The position numbers and the translations under genes are program-made. Positions 1-8,189 of a stretch of DNA of 58,293 nt are shown here, in pieces. Every line of letters begins with the position of its first letter. Positions within the stretch are counted from its first letter, which is position 1. The DNA is taken from assembly GCA_900552715.1 (NCBI GenBank), contig USAV01000001.1, positions 1 to 58,293 on the forward strand, read 5' to 3'. This DNA is from an uncultured Veillonella sp. (GTDB lineage Bacteria > Bacillota > Negativicutes > Veillonellales > Veillonellaceae). Under the pieces are notes generated by a model. That model saw only the letters and a program-made list of their open reading frames with translations. It did not search any database and had not been told where the DNA came from.

Positions 1-2
1 GT

Positions 3-1364
3 ACAGAGCCAAAACAGAATAAAAAGAAACGAAGCCGGCGCTCAAAAGGGCCGGCTTTATACAACGAGCAACAAAACCTAGGTGCTGCAAAGGTTGAAAA
101 CTCTAAGGCGAGCACGACTCGTAAGCCTTTGCGTAGAACAAAGCGTAAGTCTACGAAACTTTCAGAAGGTGTAGCTAAACAAGCGAATCACTTAGCTTCT
201 AATATGCGGGAGGCCATGGTTAAAGTGACGAAGATGCGCCGTGTTGAACGTCGTAACCGTGAGACTGTAGCTATTGCAAAAACTACACCAGCTATGACCT
301 TGAAGCGCCTAGTTCGTCCGGAACAGGTGGGCGATTTAATGGGACGATTAAATCGTTCATTAAACTTTGACCTAGGTATCGACTTAGGGACTGCGAATAT
401 TCTTATTTTCGCTAAAGGTAAGGGCTTAGTCTTAGATGAGCCAGCTTATATTGCGAAAGATGACAAAACAGGGGATATTCTCGCCTTAGGCGAAGCTGCA
501 CGTACTATGATAGGACGTACACCTAAAGGCATATCCGTTATTCGCCCTGTTCAAGCAGGCGTTATCGCGGATTATGATATGACCGAATTTATGTTAAAGT
601 ATTTTATTCGTTCAGTCGTGCCTGCTTCTAGATTGATGAAAACGCGTATTATCGTATGTGTACCATCTGGGATTACACCTGTTGAAAAACGTGCCATTTT
701 AGAAGCATTGCTTAGAACTGGTGCTAAGAAAACTGTCCTTATAGAGGAACCATTGGCGGCAGCTATGGGGACAGGGCTCAATGATGCAGACCAAGTTGGG
801 GCCATGGTTGTCGATGTTGGTGGCGGTACTACGGATATCGCAGTTCTTTGTGATACGGGCGTTGTGGTGAGTGAATCTCTTCGCATTGGGGGAGATTCCT
901 TCAATGAATCTATTATCCGATATATCCGCCGTAAGAAGAGACTTGTTATTGGACCTTTAACAGCAGAAAAGATTAAGATTTCTGTCGGTACTGTGGATCG
1001 GCGCGCTAAGGAGCGAACTATAGAGGTTAGAGGGCGTGATGCAAGCTCTGGATTACCTAAGAGGGTTGCTGTTAATTCCTTAGAGATTCAACGTGCCTTA
1101 GAGGCGCAAGTGATGAATATTTTAGAAGGAATTAAGTCTATTTTAGAAAAAACGCCACCAGAACTTGTGGCGGCTATTAATGATCACGGTATCATTCTTA
1201 CTGGTGGTGGTGCTCTCATCGATGGCTTAGATCGTGTTATTACACGTTCCGTAGGTATTGCATCGTATTTGGTAGAGTCTCCACGATATGCTGTTATCAA
1301 AGGGGTTGCTAAAGCTCTTGATGAAATGTCACAATTGCGTGATACATTGGATGAATTACAATAA
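3..1364 (+). CDS. mreB: MreB/Mbl actin-like rod-shape protein. The frame is open from the window edge, so it may be 5'-partial; alternative start ATG 339.
   Basis: Motifs GIDLGTAN, IEEPLAAA, VDVGGGTTD, LTGGGALI. There is no stop codon in frame from position 3 to 1361. AGGTGG at 325-330 precedes ATG 339. Confidence 0.9.
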   Translation, partial: TEPKQNKKKRSRRSKGPALYNEQQNLGAAKVENSKASTTRKPLRRTKRKSTKLSEGVAKQANHLASNMREAMVKVTKMRRVERRNRETVAIAKTTPAMTLKRLVRPEQVGDLMGRLNRSLNFDLGIDLGTANILIFAKGKGLVLDEPAYIAKDDKTGDILALGEAARTMIGRTPKGISVIRPVQAGVIADYDMTEFMLKYFIRSVVPASRLMKTRIIVCVPSGITPVEKRAILEALLRTGAKKTVLIEEPLAAAMGTGLNDADQVGAMVVDVGGGTTDIAVLCDTGVVVSESLRIGGDSFNESIIRYIRRKKRLVIGPLTAEKIKISVGTVDRRAKERTIEVRGRDASSGLPKRVAVNSLEIQRALEAQVMNILEGIKSILEKTPPELVAAINDHGIILTGGGALIDGLDRVITRSVGIASYLVESPRYAVIKGVAKALDEMSQLRDTLDELQ

Positions 1365-1393
1365 AATATTGTGTTGAAATACTATGTAAATTG

Positions 1394-1460
1394 ACGAAGT
1401 TACTATTTATAGAGAGACCATTGATGAGTGGATTAACTATAGATAGTAACTTCGTTTTTT
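1394..1460 (+). terminator. Long hairpin / intrinsic terminator after mreB
   Basis: ACGAAGTTACTATTTATAG (1394-1412) pairs with CTATAGATAGTAACTTCGT (1437-1455), followed by a T-run. Confidence 0.7.
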
Positions 1461-1580
1461 AGTGCTCTCTTTTTGTAATTTTCATCTTTATGATGTATAC
1501 TATAGTAAAAGTATATTGTATAAAATTGATGTATGAATATAAACCTATTAATATGGGTTATCACTATAGAGGAATTGTAA

Positions 1581-2924
1581 ATGAAACGATATTTATATAC
1601 GACTTTTGCTGTGTTAGGCTTTCTAGGCAGTACAATACCTTATGCTGAAGCTGGGAATTTAACAGGCGTACGTGTATCTAATCACGAAGGTACAAGTCGA
1701 ATCGTATTAGATGTATCTGAAATGCCTGTATCTTGGACCAAATCTTATAATGAGTCCACACATGCCCTTACACTTAACCTTGGTGGTACTACAAATGGAT
1801 TGACGGGTCCTATAGCGCAAAATAATACAAAAACAGGTGTTTTGAAAGGCATTGGCTTACAACCTGTTAATGGATCTTTGCAAGTAACATTGACGGCTAA
1901 CAAGGATGTACAACATCATGAATTTACATTGGAGAAGCCATCGCGTATTGTAGTTGATTTGTTTTCTAGCTATGCTCAACAAACAACAAAGGATGTAAAT
2001 AAATCTGTTACGTATAGCAAGATTAATAACACTGTATCAGAAGGCAAAATCCAGGCCTTTGCATTATCTGTGGACAATGATTCACCTATGGTGGTCGCTC
2101 ATGTTTCGGAAGGTAAACCCTTATCATCTGTAGTTCAATCGCATACTGCCATAATTGGCGCAAAGGTAAAAGGTGGTAGTTTTGATCGCCCTTATTCGGT
2201 TGCAAGTGATGGAACTATCGATTTAGAGCGTATTTCTAACCGTGGTACCTTGCGATATACACCAAATCGTGGATATTTTATTGAGGAAAAAAGACCTTTA
2301 CTACAGGCTAAAACACAGAAGGATACATTCCTGATTACCTCTGTTAATACAAGTCGTAAAGAAAATGCTTTGACTCTATATACATCAGCGTATGGGGTAT
2401 CTACAAAGACTAATGACTTCGGATACGAAGTGACTGTAGCTAATGGCAAGGTAGTTAGTGGTCAAAAAGGGAATTCTAAAATTGGAGAAAACCAATACGT
2501 ATTATCTGGCCACGGAGAATCGCGGGATGCACTACGTAAATTAAAGGTGGGCACACCGATTACGATTCAAAATAGACCGGAGTTGGCACAAGTGAATACC
2601 ACTGGTGGAGCATCTTTACAAGCAGGTACTATGGTTTTGAAAAATGGTAACTATGTAGGTGCTGATAGGACCAATAATAAAGCTCGTAGTTTTATAGGAA
2701 CTACTAAAGATCATAATTTGGTGGTTCTTACTGTTGATAAAGCTGGGCTTCAATCCGTAGGGGTTACACAACAAGAAGGGGCTCAACTATTATCCAAACT
2801 AGGCGTCGTGGATGGTGCTGAATTATCGAATCAAGGTAGTGTTGATTTAGTAGTCAATGATACATACGTTCATAAAGCGACTTCAAATCCTACGACCTAT
2901 GAGGATATTGTAATTATAAAATGA
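1581..2924 (+). CDS. Secreted protein with an N-terminal AMIN domain and a C-terminal phosphodiester-glycosidase (NAGPA/DUF2233)-like domain
   Basis: Signal peptide (AEA). AMIN-like motifs 'VRVSNHEGTSRIVLDV' and 'FTLEKPSRIVVDL'. C-terminal 'YVLSGHG', 'ARSFIG', 'LVVLTVD' pattern. RBS GAGGA at 1569. Confidence 0.7.
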   Translation: MKRYLYTTFAVLGFLGSTIPYAEAGNLTGVRVSNHEGTSRIVLDVSEMPVSWTKSYNESTHALTLNLGGTTNGLTGPIAQNNTKTGVLKGIGLQPVNGSLQVTLTANKDVQHHEFTLEKPSRIVVDLFSSYAQQTTKDVNKSVTYSKINNTVSEGKIQAFALSVDNDSPMVVAHVSEGKPLSSVVQSHTAIIGAKVKGGSFDRPYSVASDGTIDLERISNRGTLRYTPNRGYFIEEKRPLLQAKTQKDTFLITSVNTSRKENALTLYTSAYGVSTKTNDFGYEVTVANGKVVSGQKGNSKIGENQYVLSGHGESRDALRKLKVGTPITIQNRPELAQVNTTGGASLQAGTMVLKNGNYVGADRTNNKARSFIGTTKDHNLVVLTVDKAGLQSVGVTQQEGAQLLSKLGVVDGAELSNQGSVDLVVNDTYVHKATSNPTTYEDIVIIK

Positions 2925-2945
2925 ATTCGTTGCATACAATTTTGT

Positions 2946-2974
2946 TTGAAATATTAGTAATAATTTAGTATACT
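2946..2974 (+). promoter_or_regulatory. Sigma-A type promoter for the lipoyl-fold/S55/mla/tolC operon
   Basis: TTGAAA-17 bp-TATACT; RBS AAGGAGG before ATG 3013. Confidence 0.65.
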
Positions 2975-3012
2975 ATAAATACATAACTAATTTTGTAAAA
3001 GGAGGGATCGTT

Positions 3013-3297
3013 ATGAAAAGAGTAGTGTTGGCATTAGCTGCTTTAGGCATTTTAAGTGTTAGCTCTGTAATGGCGGCCCCTGTATCATACCAAAGTGTAT
3101 TAACAGGTAAAGTTGCTTCTACAGTTTCTGTTGGCTCTGCTGTAACAGAAGGTCAAACATTGGTAACTGTAGAGACATTGGCTGGCCCTATGGCTGCTGC
3201 TAAATCTACTGTAACTGGTACTGTAACGGCGGTTAATGTTACAGTGGGCTCAGACGTTTCTCGTGATCAAATCGTTGTCACAGTAGAAAGTAAATAA
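3013..3297 (+). CDS. Small secreted biotin/lipoyl-attachment-fold protein
   Basis: Signal peptide (VMA/A). 'G-V-S-V-VG-V-GQ-L-VE...S-V-G-V-V-V-VG-V' barrel-sandwich hybrid pattern. Confidence 0.7.
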   Translation: MKRVVLALAALGILSVSSVMAAPVSYQSVLTGKVASTVSVGSAVTEGQTLVTVETLAGPMAAAKSTVTGTVTAVNVTVGSDVSRDQIVVTVESK

Positions 3298-3309
3298 AGG
3301 AGAGAAGGA

Positions 3310-5316
3310 ATGAAGTTTTCTCATTCTTGGCGTCGGTATAGAAAAGCGATACTGGCGCTTTTCTTCTGTACTTCACTTACAGCTGCACAGGCTGTTGATT
3401 TCATGCCTGTCAATGATGTAACTACAGGTATGGAAGGCATTGCAAAAACTGTAATTGTAGGAGATACCATTTCTACCTTTGATGTAAAGGTACTTGGTGT
3501 CATGAAGGATAAGGGACCATCTGGTCATCTTATTTTAGCGAAGTTCTCTGGTCCTGTTATGGAAAAAACAGGCGGCATCGCTCATGGCATGAGTGGTAGT
3601 CCTGTATATATAAATGGTAAGCTCGTTGGTGCTGTTGCTTATGGCTGGGGCTTTGCAGATGGTACGATTGGGATGATTACCCCTATCGAGGATATGGTGA
3701 AATTATGGAATATTCCATATGAGAAGAACTTATCCAAACCATGGGATGATAAACAATTGATCCCTCTTGGCACGCCACTTATGGCTTATGGCTTTGATGC
3801 AGCATCCATGGATTACTTCAAATCCAAGTTGCCACAATATAAATATGAAACATATGATACGGCTAGTGCTAGTGGTGATGAAATTGCTAAACCTTTAGAA
3901 GCCGGTGGTTCTGTAGCAGCATTACTAGTTGATGGTGACCTAAAACTGGGGGCCATTGGTACTGTTACCTATGTAGATGGGGAAAAGATTGTTGCCTTTG
4001 GTCATCCATTCTTAAAACATGGCTCCTCAAACTACTTCATGCATAATGCAAGCATCTTTACAGTAGTTAAAAGTTATGATGCTGCTTTCAAATTGGGCTC
4101 TATGGGCAAGGAAGTTGGCTCTGTAACTGAAGATAGAGGTGCTGGTATTGCAGGTGTTTCTGGTGTGATTTCTCCAGGGATCCCTATGCGATTCCATTTG
4201 AAAGACCTTGATATGGGGCGTGATAAAACTAGCTCTGTTAAGGTTATTGAAGATAGTGAGATGACACCGACTTTAGCGGCTACATCTCTATATAACATGT
4301 TGAATAAAACGTTGGATCGTAGTGGCGCTGGTACGGCTACCATTTCTTATACAATCACACCAAGAGGTAAAGAGCATAAACCGTTGACGCGAACTAATAT
4401 GTTCTATAGCTCTGACTCTATCTCTGAGAAGGCTGTTGATGAGTTCTATAATGTTATCGACGTTCTTATGAATAACCGATTCATTAATTATGAAATTTCT
4501 GACATCTCTGTAGAAACTGAGGTGACACAAGATAAGAAAACAGCTAAGCTTGTTGATGCCTCTGCATCTTCAACCATTGTTTCCCCTGGTGATACAATCG
4601 TTGTAGATGTAACGTTGGAGCCGTTCCGCGGTGAGAAGGTCGTTAAACAAATCTTCTTTAAGGTTCCTGAGGATCAAGCTGTTGGCAAGTATACCTTAGA
4701 GGTGCGTGGGGGCGGTGAAATCCCATTACCTTATGTATTAGAAAAGCAAAAATATAATTTAACTGATGAAATTTTACGTCGCTTAAAAGTTCATAAAGAT
4801 TTTAATGAACTTTATGATGAAATTCAAAAGACTGATACAAATAATCAAATCGTTGTAGAGTTTTTAGAAGATGGCATTAGTCTTGTTGATGAAGATGGTT
4901 CCCAATCTGTTAAAAAAGCTAAACTTAAAGATGTGGAATCAAAACCTATGCCAGGGGATGTAAAGAAAAAAACAGGTCAAGAAGATTTGAGTTCTAGTAA
5001 GGACGATGATAATCAAATAGAAAAAACTGCTATTGATACGGAATACATCGTTCAAGGTGATGGTCAATTTACAATTCATGTTATGAAACCAGCCGATCGC
5101 GATAAAGCATTAGCTAAACGCGTAAAAGAAGTTAAAAATCAAAGCAAGATGGAACATAAATTAGAATTGGAAGACCAATCCAAAAAGGATAAATCCAGTA
5201 AAAAAGATGTGAAAAAGTCTGATAAACAAGATGTGAAAAAATCTGATAAACAAGACCAAAAAACACCTGATAAAAAGGATGAATCTAAAGTAAATGATAC
5301 TAATGCAGCTGAATAA
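3310..5316 (+). CDS. Secreted SpoIVB-like peptidase S55 domain protein
   Basis: GGIAHGMSGSPVYINGKLVGAV and GAIGTVTY...AFGHP motifs; signal peptide (AQA); K/D-rich tail. Confidence 0.85.
   Translation: MKFSHSWRRYRKAILALFFCTSLTAAQAVDFMPVNDVTTGMEGIAKTVIVGDTISTFDVKVLGVMKDKGPSGHLILAKFSGPVMEKTGGIAHGMSGSPVYINGKLVGAVAYGWGFADGTIGMITPIEDMVKLWNIPYEKNLSKPWDDKQLIPLGTPLMAYGFDAASMDYFKSKLPQYKYETYDTASASGDEIAKPLEAGGSVAALLVDGDLKLGAIGTVTYVDGEKIVAFGHPFLKHGSSNYFMHNASIFTVVKSYDAAFKLGSMGKEVGSVTEDRGAGIAGVSGVISPGIPMRFHLKDLDMGRDKTSSVKVIEDSEMTPTLAATSLYNMLNKTLDRSGAGTATISYTITPRGKEHKPLTRTNMFYSSDSISEKAVDEFYNVIDVLMNNRFINYEISDISVETEVTQDKKTAKLVDASASSTIVSPGDTIVVDVTLEPFRGEKVVKQIFFKVPEDQAVGKYTLEVRGGGEIPLPYVLEKQKYNLTDEILRRLKVHKDFNELYDEIQKTDTNNQIVVEFLEDGISLVDEDGSQSVKKAKLKDVESKPMPGDVKKKTGQEDLSSSKDDDNQIEKTAIDTEYIVQGDGQFTIHVMKPADRDKALAKRVKEVKNQSKMEHKLELEDQSKKDKSSKKDVKKSDKQDVKKSDKQDQKTPDKKDESKVNDTNAAE
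5206..5253 (+). repeat. 24-bp in-frame tandem duplication (DVKKSDKQ x2)
   Basis: GATGTGAAAAAGTCTGATAAACAA followed by GATGTGAAAAAATCTGATAAACAA. Confidence 0.9.
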
Positions 5317-5347
5317 GCTGAAAATGTAAGGGGAAAGGGCTAAACTG

Positions 5348-6109
5348 TTGAATTGGCTAGAATCGATAGGACGAGCTGTAATGAACGGCCTATCACAGAT
5401 GGGGAGTGCTACATTATTGGTGTGGCACACAATTAGACAACTGAAAATGATTAATCTGTGGCATGTGTTTCAGCAGATGGCTCACTTAGGCGTAGATTCG
5501 TTGCCGATTATCAGTTTAACGTTACTCTTTGCTGGTGCAGTTATGACCTTACAGATTACAGATGTATTGATTACATATGGTGCACAAAGCACTGTAGGTG
5601 GTCTTATGGCTGTTGCTATGGGACGTGAATTAGGTCCCATCTTAGTAGGGGTAGTACTAGCTGGCCGTGTTGGCGCTGCCATCACGGCTGAAATTGGTAC
5701 AATGAAGGTAACCGAACAAATCGATGCGCTTCGTGTTATGGCTGTCGATCCTATTGGTTATCTTGTGGTACCTCGTGTAGTAGCATGTATGATTATGGTG
5801 CCTATATTGGCGTTTTATGGTGTAGTAATTGGCATTGCAGGTGGTTACTTTGTGGCTACTGCAATTAAGGGTTTAGCGCCAAGTACCTATTTAGATTCTA
5901 TTCAAATGTTTTCTACTATTTCAGACTTCACATTAGGCTTAGTTAAGTCCAGTGTGTTTGGTGCTGTTATTGCATTGGTAGGCTCCTATAAGGGGATGGA
6001 AACTAAAATGGGCGCAGAAGCCGTAGGCTTTTCCACAACTAGTTCTGTAGTAACTAGTATTATTTTAGTATTTGTATTAAATTACTTTTTATCTACCTTG
6101 TTATATTAG
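5348..6109 (+). CDS. mlaE: MlaE ABC permease (TTG start)
   Basis: RELGP...AGRVGAAITAEIGTMKVTEQIDALRVM signature. Confidence 0.95.
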   Translation: MNWLESIGRAVMNGLSQMGSATLLVWHTIRQLKMINLWHVFQQMAHLGVDSLPIISLTLLFAGAVMTLQITDVLITYGAQSTVGGLMAVAMGRELGPILVGVVLAGRVGAAITAEIGTMKVTEQIDALRVMAVDPIGYLVVPRVVACMIMVPILAFYGVVIGIAGGYFVATAIKGLAPSTYLDSIQMFSTISDFTLGLVKSSVFGAVIALVGSYKGMETKMGAEAVGFSTTSSVVTSIILVFVLNYFLSTLLY

Positions 6110-6129
6110 TAGATACGCTAGAGGGATTT

Positions 6130-6888
6130 ATGATAGAACTACGCGATGTTGTAGTTGCCTATGAGTCACGTGTGATTTTAGACTCCATTAATCTTACTAT
6201 CAATGATGGGGAGACGTTGGTTATATTAGGTGGTAGTGGCAGTGGTAAAAGTACATTGCTTCGATTATTAATTGGCTTGCAGCGCCCTACATCGGGACAG
6301 ATTATTGTAGATGGCACAGATATTACAACATTATCTGAAGATGAATTTAATACAGTACGAAGAAAAATGGGGATGGTATTCCAATACTCTGCTCTGTTTG
6401 ATTCTATGTCGGTAGGCGAAAACGTGGCCTTTGGCTTACGTCAACATACGGACTTAGGCGACGATGAGATACGACGCATTGTAGCAGAGCGACTAGATTG
6501 GGTCGGTTTGAAAGGGTATGAATCCTATATGCCTAACGAATTGTCAGGCGGTATGAAAAAGCGCGTTAGCTTAGCTCGCGCCATAGCGCTAGACCCAAGC
6601 TTAATCCTCTATGATGAACCTTCATCCGGCTTGGATCCTATTACATCTGGTACGATTAGTATGCTAATTAAGGGGATGCAACAACGGCTTGGTTGTACTT
6701 CTATTGTAGTAACACATGATATGCAATCCGCGTTTTACGTGGCAAATCGCATAGCTTTACTTGATAAGGGGAAATTTGTGGAAATTTCTGATACAATAGA
6801 CTTTAAGAATTCTACAAATAAAAAGGTACAACAGTTTATTCATGGTGAAGCAGAACCAATTAATGTATCTGCGATGGGAGATGTGTAA
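6130..6888 (+). CDS. mlaF: MlaF ABC ATPase
   Basis: GGSGSGKS, FQYSALFDSM, LSGGMKKRV, YDEP; lies between mlaE and an MCE gene. Confidence 0.93.
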   Translation: MIELRDVVVAYESRVILDSINLTINDGETLVILGGSGSGKSTLLRLLIGLQRPTSGQIIVDGTDITTLSEDEFNTVRRKMGMVFQYSALFDSMSVGENVAFGLRQHTDLGDDEIRRIVAERLDWVGLKGYESYMPNELSGGMKKRVSLARAIALDPSLILYDEPSSGLDPITSGTISMLIKGMQQRLGCTSIVVTHDMQSAFYVANRIALLDKGKFVEISDTIDFKNSTNKKVQQFIHGEAEPINVSAMGDV

Positions 6889-8147
6889 TGAAGTGGACGA
6901 CGGAGGCCAAGGTAGGGGCTTTCACAATAATAGGTATAGCTCTATTTATTGCGGGAATACTTTTTGTAGGTCGCATTGATATATGGGCTAAGCCACAAAT
7001 GACGATTACTGGCGATTTTGCTCAAGTTAATGGCCTAAAAAATGGCAATCAAGTTAAATATTCAGGTGTGGCCATCGGTAATGTCTCTGATATCGAGATT
7101 ACTCCGCATGGTGTTGTAGTAAAAATGAAGCTTGATGAAAAAACACAAATTCCAAGTGATTCTACGTTCACATTGGGATCAGATGGTTTTTTAGGTGATA
7201 AATTTATTCAAATTTCACCAGGTCAATCTAAGGTGTTTTTACAAGATGGTGACTCTGTTAAGGGCGAAGGTGCAGACGCTATGGATAAAGCGATGCAAAG
7301 TGCTCAAAAGTTAATGGATGGCACCGAAAAAATGTTGCAATCTATCAATAATATTATTGGTGATCCAGCAACGCAAAATGCACTTAAACATTCCTTGCAA
7401 TCTACTGCGACGATGGCTGATAATGCTGTAGCGATTACACAAAATATGGCTGATGTAACGGCACAGCTAAATCAAGCTGCTCAACAATTTAATGCAGATG
7501 GTAATGCAGGCAATGATATGCGTGCTATTTTGACTAACTTAAAACAAACTACGGATCGTGTAGATAATATGGCTCGTTCTATGGAGTCTACTGTAACTGA
7601 TCCTAAAGCACAGGAAAATATTAAGGAAACATTACATAATACGGCACAGATTTCAGCTCGCATCAACAAATTGATGGGTGGTAAAGCATATCAAACTGAT
7701 GCAAGTGGAAATGTAGTAGATGGAAATAATGTTGAAAAAAAGTCATCTACTAAAGTTGAGCCTTCTGTAGATTTGTTATATAACACAACAGATGATGAAT
7801 TCCGCATCAATGGTCGTGTTCGTGCTTATAATGATAAAGGTATGGCTGAGCTTGGCCTTTCCAATATCGGCGATGGCACTAAATTCGATTTAAATGCAGG
7901 TCGATTCATTAGCTCTAAATGGCTAGTACGGGGCGGTATTTTTGAAAGTGAATTAGGACTTGGCGTTGACTATAATTTACGTGGTCCAGTTTCATTATCC
8001 GCAGCGGTATATGACCTTAACAATCGCAAATATCGTATTCGTAGTGATATACGTTTACATAAAGATACTTATGGGGTTATTCAAATGACCAGACCGTTCG
8101 GTTCCACGAATGGTGGTACCTACTTTGGTATCAAACAAGTATTTTAA
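6888..8147 (+). CDS. mlaD: MlaD: TM helix, MCE domain, long helical region and C-terminal beta-barrel
   Basis: MCE motifs GLKNGNQVKYSGVAIGNV and GFLGDKFIQISPG; helical middle; amphipathic beta-strands ending GTYFGIKQVF. Confidence 0.9.
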   Translation: MKWTTEAKVGAFTIIGIALFIAGILFVGRIDIWAKPQMTITGDFAQVNGLKNGNQVKYSGVAIGNVSDIEITPHGVVVKMKLDEKTQIPSDSTFTLGSDGFLGDKFIQISPGQSKVFLQDGDSVKGEGADAMDKAMQSAQKLMDGTEKMLQSINNIIGDPATQNALKHSLQSTATMADNAVAITQNMADVTAQLNQAAQQFNADGNAGNDMRAILTNLKQTTDRVDNMARSMESTVTDPKAQENIKETLHNTAQISARINKLMGGKAYQTDASGNVVDGNNVEKKSSTKVEPSVDLLYNTTDDEFRINGRVRAYNDKGMAELGLSNIGDGTKFDLNAGRFISSKWLVRGGIFESELGLGVDYNLRGPVSLSAAVYDLNNRKYRIRSDIRLHKDTYGVIQMTRPFGSTNGGTYFGIKQVF

Positions 8148-8189
8148 AGACTAATACATTCACTTTAGGTGAGTATGGAGGTACATATT

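Noticed and set aside
3013..3297. Acetyl-CoA carboxylase biotin carrier (accB)
   Set aside because: Has a signal peptide and lacks the MKM lysine.
3310..5316. Evidence of sporulation (spoIVB)
   Set aside because: No PDZ domain, permuted catalytic halves and envelope-operon context; no spo0A or other sporulation genes nearby.
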